In this document: positions 1 to 10,963 of the stretch, piece after piece
How the letters are laid out: every line of letters begins with the position of its first letter
Position numbering within the stretch: position 1 is the stretch's first letter
DNA from: Naegleria gruberi
Lineage: Eukaryota
Direction: 5' to 3' (one strand)
Length of the DNA: 64,000 bases
Assembly: GCA_000004985.1 (NCBI GenBank)
Contig: GG738894.1
Made by a program: the position numbers and the translations under genes
Notes under the pieces: model-generated
What the model saw: only the letters and a program-made list of their open reading frames with translations
What the model was told of the DNA's origin: nothing
Database searches by the model: none

Positions 1-328
1 GCTAGAAAGAGATTTAAATGTTAGAAATGAATATTTCTTGACATGATTTTGTAACCAGAATGTTATCCAACTAGCCTCCTACCAATTTCCTAAAGTTTCC
101 GAGCTTTGTTATTTTTCATCCCACAAGTTGTTTCTAACTCAACTGATGGTGTGCAATCAACACTTTTCAACAAATTCATCAAGAAGAAAAATCATGTCTT
201 ATTCAAAAAACAGGCATGGAAAGGAATTTACCAATCCATTCTGCATCTCTTATTGGAATGTTGTAATCACAACACAATGTTTTAAAACCGAATTAAATTT
301 GATGACGGAACGTGCCAAGAACACACAT

Positions 329-916
329 TCAATTATCCAATTGATACATCTCTCTATTATTGAATGGAATCAAAGCCAACACAAGAGCCTGTTCGTAATA
401 GGCAGCTCTCGTAACAATCTCTCTCGTCAACAACCCTACAGCACCTGTTTGTTGCTTTGAATTGTGCTTTTTAAAGACAATATCATTAGCTTCTCCCAAT
501 TCCTTGCCCTCCTTGATGAGAAGAATAATCTCTGGTGGTAAATAAAAGCTCGATGTTTGTGCCGATGATACATAACCAGTCTTGTTTTCAACAACAACAG
601 TGAAAGCAGAGGAAGCAACTCGAGTCTCACTCTCAAATTCTATTCCTCCCTCGATACCAACAAAATAGATACCATCAGTGTGGGTGGCTACATCAGTAGA
701 TGATGTTTCTTGCTCGAGAAAGGCTTTCTGTACATTGAGTGCTCTTGTTGTGGCTCCGTGAAGAGTTTCCTTGTTGGATTTTGGTTGGGCATCAACACCA
801 GATGGAACAGAGAGAGAACGAAATTCTATGGACGTGTTGTCTGGATAGACTTTGATAAAGGCTTCTTTGGTGCAGCCAACTTTAACTGGATTGGTCGAGC
901 CAACAATGACGAGCAT
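329..916 (-). CDS. Inosine/xanthosine triphosphatase, YjjX family (NTPase_I-T)
   Basis: The 195-aa ORF aligns along its whole length with E. coli YjjX. [13 protein letters not shown] matches the ATTNPAKI N-terminus; [26 protein letters not shown] matches [53 protein letters not shown] matches [30 protein letters not shown]. Single exon. Confidence 0.75.
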   Translation of the reverse strand: [195 protein letters not shown]

Positions 917-1156
917 GATGTTGTTGGATTTTTTTTAAAGATTTTAATTAAAAGTTTTTTTCAAAATTGTTCTAACGGTTTCATAAATTTTCACTATTTC
1001 CAAATCTGTTATTAAGGGATCGTAGACTGATTAACTTTCTAACAAAAAATTAATTTCAGCAAGTTTTGGAAGTATATATCTTTCTCATGAAGCCCACTAC
1101 ATGTGTTAGTTTAAATAAGAACACTATGAAAATACAAAAATACAAACTGAAAAAAA

Positions 1157-3920
1157 ATGGAACGAGAACACCGCCCTCAATACAACACTTTGAGCAGCAC
1201 CTCGAATATTACTGAGAATATGTTTGCAAATGATGACTCTTTTGGTGATGACGATTTAAATATGATGGGAGTTGATCGTCAATATTCGGGTTCTAGTAAT
1301 GATAATAGTAATAATGATGAGGAAGAGGCTCGGCAAATTTCATCCTTCCTGAATACAACAGCAGGTTTATCACAAGTAAGGGATAATTCAATTCATTCGG
1401 GGACGGTTGATCCATCATTTGATGATAATTTATCTGATTATGGAGATGAATACTTGGGAGAGGATGTTATGATGCAGACAATGAGACCTAACAGAAATAA
1501 TAAGGAAAACAATGAGGATGAGGATGAAACACTCCTTCAAACAAATTCATATGAATATTCACAGGATAAGGTGGAACAGTTCATCAAAGGAGAAGACTTT
1601 GCTGGTCTATCTAAGGAGATTGAAAAGCTTCTCGAGTCAGATAATGCCACACCTCGTCTTGGAAATCAAACAACAACACCATTGGATAATATTGGAGAAG
1701 AATATGCATCTCTTTCTAACAATAGTTCTCTTCTTCAACAAGAAGGAGAAGGAACAAATGATATGAGCACCACCAATAAGGAATCTTCATCTTTCATCAC
1801 TGATGAAGAAGCAGAAGAGAGATTGAAATCACTTCTAATGAAATTGGACAAGTCAAAAATCTCGGAAACCAACACTAACAGAACGGAAAGCCCTAAACAA
1901 CAATCATCTCAATTCTTTCTTCCTCAACAGGAAAATATCATAACAACCAGAATGCTTCCAGATGCAAATGAATTGTCTATTGAAACAAGATCATCAACCT
2001 CCTCACCTGCAACAACACGAGAAAGTACTCCAAGTAAAAAGATTGAGGAAATTATAGAAAAGTATGAATATTTGGATAGTATTTCTCACAATAGCGATAC
2101 TGTGAAACCTGTTCATTCATCGAGAGAGGATCATCTCTTTGACAAGTATGATGCAAATTATAACAACTTGGATCAAGGGGAAATATCATTGAAAAAGGGT
2201 GAATCTAAAAGACCAGAACTCTTAAGTGCACCGTCTACTCCTTCACTCTCCTCTATAATTAATAATAACATGAATCACAATTTAGAGTTCAGAGAGCAAA
2301 ACATTCTGCCAGAAAAAGAAGTGGAAATTTCAAACATCTCAACTATTTATGAGGAGACCAACGTTAATAATATAATAGAGATGAAACTTGAACCAATTTC
2401 TCAATTGTTAAGGTCAAGTGGATATGCTGGCTTTTTAGGGGAAACTGATATTGTAAAGAGTAAGTTCACAACAATCGTGCAACCAAACAATATTTTAATA
2501 ATATCATTTCAATACGATAGGAATCAAAGAAACATTCCAAATGATGTTAGAAGATATGGAAAGAAAAACTAAAACCATTGAATTACAATCTAAGAATCAA
2601 CAAGAATTTACCAAAACCATGTTGAAATTAAAGCAACAGGTGGAAAAGGCCAATGAAGTTTGTAATCAATACAAGGTTCAACTGGAAAAGAAGGACAATG
2701 AATTGAAAGCATTCAAGGATAACAATCAAGTTAGTAGCAATAAGAATGAGAAGGAAATTTCTCAACTAAAAAAGATGGTTGAAGGAATGACCTCCAAAGT
2801 TTCGCAATACGAGTCAAGCATTACAGTCAAAGATGAGGAGATTAATGATTTGAAAAAGAAACTTTACCAAATTGTATCAAAAGAAGAAACTAAGCGAATT
2901 AATGCGATGAATATATTCAGTCAAGCCAATAAGAGAAAGCCTACAACTAAAACAGACTTGAAAGAAATTGATATCATTTCAATGTATGAAGAGCAGAGAA
3001 CACAACTGAAGAGAGAAGTTGCATTCCTTAAAACCGAGATACAGAGACTCAATGAAAGTGAAGTGCAAAATCAAAATGGCTCAGAAATTGTTCATAAGAA
3101 TGAGGAGCAAATCAAAAAATTAATCGCTCAAACGAGGATGGAACGAGAACGATATTCCAAGTTGGAGGCCGAATTTAATGCCGTTCAACAAAAACTAAGT
3201 GCACTATCGAATCAGAACCAAAGAGTGATAGCAAATCTTGAAGAGGAGAATTCCAGACTTTTGAATGAGCTAAAAGGAAGACCTCACGCTGAAGACTTTG
3301 AGAATCTCAGACAAAGGAGCGAACTAATTAGAAAGGAGCTTATTATGAAGAACAAGGAACTGACAGAATTGAAAAAAACTACAGACAAGTCTGCAGTCCT
3401 TTCTATACCCGGAGGGAAATGGTCTAACACTAAAGAGGAAGCCTCCTCAAAAAAGAAGAAAACCACTGACAATGTCTCTCTCCAAACCTCTTTCGAGAAA
3501 GAAGATCAGAAAGATCTCTCTATCTACAAGGATATTATTCAAGAAGTTTGTAAAATTCTAAACATCTCAGACGTGAGTGGACTTGTGGCCTCCCTCCAAA
3601 AGATGGTTTCAATTGTGAAGGCTGTACCAAAAATGGAAAAGTTTATTTGCGAGATTTGTGATATTTGTAAAAAGGGAACTGTGGATCTGGGCCACGAAAT
3701 TGATCTAAAACCAAAGGTGATTGCTCCATTGTTGGGATATTGGATTGAAAAATTGAGGGAAAATCAGGAAATGGAAAAGGAAATTGCTCAACTTTTGAAT
3801 AATAGACAAGGTAAAGAACCAATAGATTATTCCGATCCTGATTACAAGGAATTGAAGAGACAAATATTGACATCAGTTGCAGAGTTGGTGAGTTACGAGT
3901 CCAATCAACAGACTCAATAA
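1157..3920 (+). CDS. Hypothetical protein with acidic/Ser-rich N-terminus and long coiled-coil; two exons
   Basis: ORFs 1157-2572 and 2541-3920 are joined in frame by removing a roughly 62-nt intron (GTAAGT at about 2459, AG at about 2520; phase 1 gives ...GETDIVK-R-IKETFQMM...). Heptad-rich K/E/Q sequence follows. No recognisable catalytic domain. Confidence 0.55.
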
Positions 3921-3931
3921 ATCACCAACAA

Positions 3932-4642
3932 TTAATACTTTCTAGGTCTGCCTCTACTTCTCTTGGGTTTCAGACTATTCATCAATTGCTCTTCCCTGTA
4001 GGATTCCATGGTGTGATTCACAAGCTGCAAGTTTCCGTTTAATGTTGAAATATTTTGAGAGTAGGTTGATGAGCTATTTGTCGGTGATTGAATTATAAGG
4101 GGAGGTGGAGGGAAAGATGATTTTCTGGCTCTTTTTTGACTTGCGGTCTTGGTTGGTTTGGAAATTAAACTGTCTTTTCTGTACATGGGAACTGGTAATA
4201 TTATTTCTTGTTTGTTTTCATTAGATGGAGTGGTTTGAACGACATGATTAGTATTTAAACAAGAGGGGAATTGATCTAATGAAAATTGTCCTTGAACTGG
4301 ATTAATAGATATCGAAGTGATGGGAGAAGGAGAATTGAAATTTGAAACTTCTGAGTGTGGAATGAATTCAGTTTGAGCTACCATTTGTTGATTAGAAGAG
4401 GTATGATAGCTTAGAAAAGTTGGAGAGCTACAAACTTGATTGGATATTTCACTTGACGTGTTTTCATCTGATCTGTTAATAAGCGAAATGTAAATCTTCA
4501 ACAGTGAAAAAAACAATTCACTGTCTGCCTCTTGCTGTTGCATGCAATTGTAATTATTGGACATTTTTTTGTTATGGATTAGGTTTTTAATCGTGTTGAT
4601 GGTTTTAAGAGTGAGGAGAATGGTTACCATACCAATCAACAA
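3932..4642 (-). CDS. Hypothetical nuclear-type protein with a C-terminal AT-hook (RPKRSRGRPRKY*)
   Basis: 236-aa ORF, S/N/Q-rich, ending in the canonical AT-hook core GRP (KPKRSRGRPRKY). Its C-terminal 25 aa are paralogous to the neighbouring gene (MESYREEQ... versus MDSYREEM...). Confidence 0.5.
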   Translation of the reverse strand: MLIGMVTILLTLKTINTIKNLIHNKKMSNNYNCMQQQEADSELFFSLLKIYISLINRSDENTSSEISNQVCSSPTFLSYHTSSNQQMVAQTEFIPHSEVSNFNSPSPITSISINPVQGQFSLDQFPSCLNTNHVVQTTPSNENKQEIILPVPMYRKDSLISKPTKTASQKRARKSSFPPPPLIIQSPTNSSSTYSQNISTLNGNLQLVNHTMESYREEQLMNSLKPKRSRGRPRKY

Positions 4643-4770
4643 AGAGATATTCCTAATGAAGAGGATAGTTTTACCATTCTATTATATATCTCTAAATCTA
4701 GAATATCATCTTCAAATAAGTATACTCGAACATTGACATTTATAATATTCAAACAAATGAAATTGAATAT

Positions 4771-5497
4771 TTAATTCTTCCTGGGTCTTCCTCTTCCACG
4801 TTTAGGTCTATTCAAGTTCTTTTTCATTTCCTCCCTGTAAGAATCCATTGTTACAACAGAGAGTTTAATTCCATTTTCGTTTTCATTTAACTTTTGGGTC
4901 TGATCTACTATGATTTTTGAACTTGATGTACTAGAACTTGATGAAGATGATGTAGATGATACTGATCGAACTCTGGACATGATGTTTTGATTATTTCTCG
5001 ATTTGATTTTGGCAGGCTTAATAATTTTTTGTTCATGTGAAAAATTGGTAGATGTTGATGCATGTTGCGAAACATGATGTTTCTGTTAAGGTAAAGAATA
5101 CATGTACACATGTCGAACTACTTACATGTACATCATGCATGATTTCTTGGGATGTTTCAATAATTTCACATTTCGAAATTCCATTCTTTTCTGAAAGAAC
5201 TATTCTCATCATGGGTTTTGTCTTGGATGTAGAAGATTCATCAACAGCATGTTGTTGCTGAACTGACGCTTTGGTATTTTCAACACAAATAAGGCCTTCT
5301 ACATGTTCGTTTGTGCTATTCTGCCTCAGCATCCATTGTTGTTCCTGCTGTTCTTGTTGATATTGTCGATGAGCCAACATTTGTTCCTGTTGTTGCTGTA
5401 AAGCATATAATTGAAGCAAGATTTGCATGTTATTTTCACTTGGTTCATCACTGTTGTTGTTTTGAGATATTGATGATGAGGTATTGTTGTTAAACAT
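4771..5497 (-). CDS. Paralogous AT-hook protein (Q-rich N-terminus, poly-Ser, C-terminal RPKRGRGRPRKN*); two exons
   Basis: ORF 5033-5497 (MFNNNTSSS...QEIMHDVH) continues after a roughly 43-nt intron (GTAAGT at about 5125, AG at about 5083) into the frame of ORF 4771-4980 (...KHHVSQHASTS...MSRVRSVSSTSSSSS...RPKRGRGRPRKN*). Confidence 0.5.
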
Positions 5498-6119
5498 TTT
5501 TTAAGGTTTTTTCTCAACTGAAAGCTTCTCTAGGATTAAAGAAATGGTAGATTCGTTCCTTGTCCACAAAATTTCTAATTAAGGATATCGAATTTTGCTT
5601 AAATGCATTATGGGTTGTGCTTTTCACCTTAATAGAACAACATGCACCACCGCGTTTGAACGTACATCGCAGAAATGGCAGATTCGCACCGTGCGTCTTA
5701 TAACACCGTATTTCAACCCTAATTTGACTTTTTGTGCTGAGTCAAACCCACAAGAAATACGCAGTTGTGAACTCTAAGGTTTTGTTAAGAAACTATTTTT
5801 TAAGAACAATTCCAAGAGTCTTTCTTTTCCTTAGTTTTCCTCAAGGAAAAAACTGAAGAGACACATGCTGTGCACAATTATTCAGGGAAATTTGACTTGA
5901 ATAATTTTGTTCGTCGGCCATTAGTAACCAAGTTCGTCATTTGCTTGTACAAATGCTTGTAGTGATAATGTGGAAGACTCGCTGAAACGAGAACAATCCA
6001 AATCAATACACCAAACTCTTTTTCCCCTTTGATTATTTTTGAAAATCAATTAAGGTCAAAGAAATAGTAATATTTTCCCAACAATAACAAATTGATATCA
6101 CAATTGAAAGGCAAAAAAA

Positions 6120-6350
6120 AGATTTTCACTGCTGGGTTTCATCGCTGTTGTTGGTTAGAGATATTGATGAGGAGTATCTTTAAACATTTTTTTTCTCACT
6201 TTTGAAAGATACTCCACCACAGAACTACAGAATATTAAGAATATTCATTCTCCACCACAGGAATACACAGAATATATTGTGGTGGATTCTCTTTCATGAA
6301 TAATTCATTTTTGGATTGTGCGTCTCACCTTAATGGATTTAGATCACATA
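6120..6350 (+). repeat. Degenerate duplicate of the 5' end and upstream region of the AT-hook gene at 5440-5650
   Basis: ttcactgctgggtttcatcgctgttgttggttagagatattgatgaggagtatctttaaacattttttt (6121-6195) matches ttcacttggttcatcactgttgttgttttgagatattgatgatgaggtattgttgttaaacatttttt (5440-5505). ggattgtgcgtctcaccttaatgg (about 6305) matches gggttgtgcttttcaccttaatag (about 5612). Confidence 0.6.
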
Positions 6351-6922
6351 TAGAGTGTTGTGAAATGATCGTGGCTTGAATCATCTGTAAATAATCAGAG
6401 GTCTTTCTATTTCTGCTTCTGAATCATTTTCTGTGTTTGAGAATTTTTACACTACCTTTTAGCGACGATTATTTGATTGTTCTATGACACTTTTCTTCTC
6501 TCTCTGAATAGATTGATCGAGAGGGTATGAATTGTTGGATACTTTTAGATCATTTGAGTGGGACTTCTTAACAGATGACACTGTCATCAACTGAGTCATT
6601 CACATATAAAAGTTTCCATTGGATTGGTCGAGTATAACTCTGAAAGTTTCATCAATCCTTAAAATTGTGTATTTTTTTATAGTGATTGTGTGTTTCGTTT
6701 TCCTTAAACCGATTCAATATATTGATGGATGAACAAACAAAAGGAAAATGAACCAGGAGGTAAATAAAATTGTATTTAATTCACAATCTGATCTGACGTT
6801 AGGTTGAATAACGGCCCCTCTTCTTTGAAGATACCAGAGATGGTGAAAAACCTTCAGCACATGTCAAAAATCTCTCTCAGCAAGTTTCCCTCAACTCAAA
6901 CAGTTAAATTAATTTAAAAAAA

Positions 6923-9127
6923 ATGAAAACATTCCTCTCTAAACATTCCTTGCTGCCATCAAAATCAACGACAGGTGGCAGCACTGGTAAATCAAATCAA
7001 GACATGGCAAATTCAAAAACCGAATTAGAAGAAGCAACTATCGAAAGTGCACTTCATGATCCGAAATTACTAACTGTTGGTTCCGAACCTTCCATGAGTA
7101 AACAAATTTCCAAATCTCAAGGTCAATTCGATGATGGAATTTTGAAACGAGCCGAAAAGAGTTTTGGAGGTTTTTTCAAAGCATTGAGGAATGAGAAGGA
7201 TGACAATCAGAAAAAGAAGAAACCAAACAAATTTTCCAACTCTCTGCATAATATAAACAAGATGACTGATGACGTGACTAGTCCAAAAACAAGTCAACCT
7301 AATTTACAAAAGAATGGTACTGGTTCATTTCTCACTCTTCCCAATTTAAAAGCACCAGATGATCAGAGATTAAGTATTACATCTTATGACAGTAGTTGTC
7401 ATTCAATGAGTCAGGGAAATTTAGAAGAATTGTCTCCATCACCAAATGCTCAATATTTTCATAAGAGAAGAGAAGGGGAGAAATCATTGGATGATTTGTC
7501 GCCAGATGTATTGGGGTATATCATTAGCTTTTTGCCATCTAACTTGGAAATTGTTAAGGAATATTATAGAGATTCGTATAGTCAATTATTAGAAATTAGA
7601 AAGAGAGCTAAACTTTCAATGAATGGAAAGAATAAGATTGAAGCGATTAATAGCAAACAAAAGAAGGCTCTCAAAAAGTTGCTCTATTCTAAAAAGGAAG
7701 CAACTCGATCTTTTGGTGTATTTTCACTTTGTTTTACGAAACGATATTTCTATGAAGAGTTATTCGAAAGGGTTTCATTCTGGCAAAGTTTATGTGAGGT
7801 TTGTAACAGGATTGACTTGAGAAGTTGGGATTCTTTCTGTCAAAAAGTTGATCAATCACATGATGATAAGGAACAAATTGACATGTGGCAGAATATTTAC
7901 AGATATTACAATGAATTTTCTGCCAGATGGGAAATTCATCCAGATTTTGTGCATTCAGTATTCAAGATTTCTCAAAATGATTTGAAAATTAAGAGAAGTT
8001 CCAAAAAGTCAAAACTCAACTCAAGTCATCTTGGACACTTGATTGAATATAAGGATGAATTCAAGAGCTTGTTGAATACAGGTTCCAAAAAAGATTCATT
8101 ATGTGCCATTTCATCCAATTCATTCACTCCTGGTAACTTGTACTATATAGAATGTGAATGCAAGTTTAGTTCAATTTCTTCAAGATTAGCCATAGGTATC
8201 ATGCCAGATACAGATTGTTTCTTTAAGGAGCATCAAGATCCAACAGCTCACAATATGGACTATTCCTTCACCAGCTTTGATGACACAACCTCTCCATTGA
8301 AGAACATTTGCAGAAACTCTCTCAATATGGCTCAAAACATTTCACTCAACTTGTCCAATGTTCATTCACCATTCAATCCAAAAGAATACACCTCTCCTGA
8401 TATGCTCTGTCTCTCCATGCTTGAGAATATGGAAGATTCCCAACTCTTCCTCTCAGGAGACAAGATTAGTATCATTATCGACTATGCCCACACTGAAAAG
8501 AATGTTCTCAAATTGTACTATTGTAACAATTGGGATAGCTCAAAAGAAAGGACTACCTTTGCAAAATCCATCGAGAGAATTAAACTTTACGATAGGACAA
8601 GAGCTGAAGGTCAATTCGCTAATTATCTTCCTCAAAATTTAGCTCTCCAAGATGATAAGGTGTTGAATTACTTGATTAAGGATGAAATTTCACAAATTCA
8701 AAAGGAATGTAAAAAGAATTCTTCAACAACAACAACCACAGAAGACAATGTCAATCAATCATTTGAAGATAGAATTAGTGAACCATTCAAAAAGTACAGT
8801 TCCAGACATGTTTATTTCCTTTCCAAATATAGAAATTCCACAGAACAAAATTATCAATATCCGAAAGGATATAAATCACATGCAAGACGTGAAATTATTT
8901 CATTTTTCAAAGTTGATGAAAAGAATGAAAGTTCACATCCAATCAAATCTTTGAGTTCTGCATTTGATCCGACTAGGGAACGTCCAACTATTTGTACAGC
9001 TGACTTGTACTTGCCAAATATCAAACTTTGCATGTCAAGTCAAGAAGTTGGAGATTCTGTCAAGATTGTGAAACCTTCACTTCCTTATCCACCTTTCTTT
9101 TATCATTTATTATCACAAAAAGAATAA
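6923..9127 (+). CDS. Hypothetical 734-aa protein with a possible F-box-like motif (DDLSPDVLGYIISFLPSNLEIVKEY)
   Basis: Long uninterrupted ORF with a K/S-rich N-terminus. The F-box-like LPxxL...I motif is weak and no other domain is recognised. Confidence 0.45.
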   Translation: MKTFLSKHSLLPSKSTTGGSTGKSNQDMANSKTELEEATIESALHDPKLLTVGSEPSMSKQISKSQGQFDDGILKRAEKSFGGFFKALRNEKDDNQKKKKPNKFSNSLHNINKMTDDVTSPKTSQPNLQKNGTGSFLTLPNLKAPDDQRLSITSYDSSCHSMSQGNLEELSPSPNAQYFHKRREGEKSLDDLSPDVLGYIISFLPSNLEIVKEYYRDSYSQLLEIRKRAKLSMNGKNKIEAINSKQKKALKKLLYSKKEATRSFGVFSLCFTKRYFYEELFERVSFWQSLCEVCNRIDLRSWDSFCQKVDQSHDDKEQIDMWQNIYRYYNEFSARWEIHPDFVHSVFKISQNDLKIKRSSKKSKLNSSHLGHLIEYKDEFKSLLNTGSKKDSLCAISSNSFTPGNLYYIECECKFSSISSRLAIGIMPDTDCFFKEHQDPTAHNMDYSFTSFDDTTSPLKNICRNSLNMAQNISLNLSNVHSPFNPKEYTSPDMLCLSMLENMEDSQLFLSGDKISIIIDYAHTEKNVLKLYYCNNWDSSKERTTFAKSIERIKLYDRTRAEGQFANYLPQNLALQDDKVLNYLIKDEISQIQKECKKNSSTTTTTEDNVNQSFEDRISEPFKKYSSRHVYFLSKYRNSTEQNYQYPKGYKSHARREIISFFKVDEKNESSHPIKSLSSAFDPTRERPTICTADLYLPNIKLCMSSQEVGDSVKIVKPSLPYPPFFYHLLSQKE

Positions 9128-9296
9128 GAAACCTAACTAATCTAACCATGTTGAACTCACTAACTTTATAACTCAAATAACAAACTCACCACAACTTAAT
9201 AAAAACCTCAATCTAACCCTTCAAATATTCAGTCTCTTTATATCATAATCTAACCGAAATAACCAACAAAAACAATCAAAAAACAAAACAAAAGAA

Positions 9297-10163
9297 ATGC
9301 CACAACTTGAAGTTCACGTAATTAAGGGCGTAAATTTACCCAAGATGGATGTTGGAATTGGCGCCAAAAGTGATCCCTACGTTGTGATGAAGATTGGCAA
9401 GTGCAAACATCAAACCACCATTAAGAAGAATACTTTAGATCCGATCTATAATGAAACCTTCCTCTTTACCTTTGAAAATAAGGGAGAGGCTACCACCTCC
9501 GCTACCAAATTAAAATTACAAATGTTTGATTATGATAAGTTAACAAAGGATGATAAGATGGGAAAGGCTAGTATTGTTCTGAGTGGATTAAAGAAGGGAG
9601 AAGTAACCAAGCATACTATCAAGATTGGTCCGAAGGGAAATTTACTTATTGAATTGAGAGCCTTAGATTTTGGTTTGAGTGCTGATGATGATGATATTGA
9701 ACAAGATATTAAGAAGGCTTGTTATTATTACTTTAAAACACCAGTTGATGAGCAGGGAAATAACAATGAAATGGAATCAGAGGCCATTCAAAGTGCAGCT
9801 TTTGATGAGAAATTAATTGCTAATTATTTAGAGTGGCAAATTCAAACGCCCGATGATGAAATCACAACCTTTGTCAGATCTTCATTGGTGAATGGTGGTT
9901 GGTTCAGAGTGATGAAAGGCCAAATAGATGACAATTACTACTATTACAAGTATGCTGGAATTAATGATGAAGGTTTTGAGGAGTATGATCAAGCCACTGA
10001 AGAGGAATTGACAGATTTGGATAATGATATGAAACAGTGGAAGTTAGAGATGGAATATCAAGTCGATGAAAGTGAAAGGAAACAATTGTATTTTGTGACT
10101 GAATATTTGGATAGTGCCACTGGAGAATATTATGCTGTCTATTCTGATAAGCAACATCTATAA
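9297..10163 (+). CDS. C2-domain protein
   Basis: N-terminal 120 aa form a typical C2 domain: LEVHVIKGVNLPKMDVGIGAKSDPYVVMKIG...KKNTLDPIYNETFLF...LKLQMFDYDKLTKDDKMGKASI. The tail is acidic. Confidence 0.8.
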   Translation: MPQLEVHVIKGVNLPKMDVGIGAKSDPYVVMKIGKCKHQTTIKKNTLDPIYNETFLFTFENKGEATTSATKLKLQMFDYDKLTKDDKMGKASIVLSGLKKGEVTKHTIKIGPKGNLLIELRALDFGLSADDDDIEQDIKKACYYYFKTPVDEQGNNNEMESEAIQSAAFDEKLIANYLEWQIQTPDDEITTFVRSSLVNGGWFRVMKGQIDDNYYYYKYAGINDEGFEEYDQATEEELTDLDNDMKQWKLEMEYQVDESERKQLYFVTEYLDSATGEYYAVYSDKQHL

Positions 10164-10963
10164 ATTGTTATCAAATTAAATTGTTGAAGTTGACTTTGTT
10201 GGTGTCACGTTAAGAACTTAAAAGTGACCAATCTACAGATAATAGCTTAATAGATGGGTATTATACAACAGCGAACTGTACAGTAATAGTTCAATGATTA
10301 GTTGTGAAAAGAATCACGGATAAAGATGATTCTCGACGAAAGCTTGCCATCTTTTTAACACAATGGCAAGTCAATCTACCAATTCCACACTGAAATATAA
10401 CATTGTTATCGGTTCGAATAGATTAGGAAGGTATATGTCAGATGCAAAAGTTACTTTCCAAATAAATAAGAAATGCAAGTTCTATAATGAGCTACTAGTT
10501 GACTTAGATGAATTCGAAATTAGCCACCCATTTGTTTTTGGACCCACAGTATTTGATGTTGGATCTTTCTTTCTCGAGCCTTTATTGTTCTCCTTCTCAA
10601 TTTTTACAGGTTTCTAATAAATATATCATCTCTTTCGAATAGGTTTTAGAGACATTTCTACCTCATCTCCATGAATGTATCTTTGAATAAAAGCCCATTT
10701 TTATGTTTCTCTGATTCAGGGTGATGTGTTTCTTGATTTTATTTTCATAAAGTTATGTCAGTTTGCAAACGCCAAATAAAATCACCTTGATCCTAATTTG
10801 GAATACTGACAAGTGACTGGGCATGAAAATGCATGACTTAGTTGGCTGACCAGCATCAAAAGCAATCACTTAGTTTCCTTTTGAAATGTTTTAAAGTCTC
10901 CAACAATACACAATACAAAAAAACAACATTACATTTATTCGAAACAATAGTTTATTAGAAAGT

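Noticed and set aside
128-1015. ORFs 128-460 (+), 436-636 (-) and 710-1015 (+) overlapping the YjjX gene
   Set aside because: All overlap, on the opposite strand or out of frame, the strongly homology-supported minus-strand gene 329-916. They have low-complexity translations and no motifs, so they are treated as spurious.
10405-10425. tRNA B-box-like sequence GGTTCGAATAG
   Set aside because: No A box at the expected distance upstream, no acceptor-stem complementarity, and it lies inside an open frame. No tRNA gene is called anywhere in the window.
10363-10617. 84-aa ORF between the C2-domain gene and the gene at 10964
   Set aside because: No motif, hydrophobic low-complexity C-terminus, and no splice context linking it to neighbours. 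Too weak to call as a gene.
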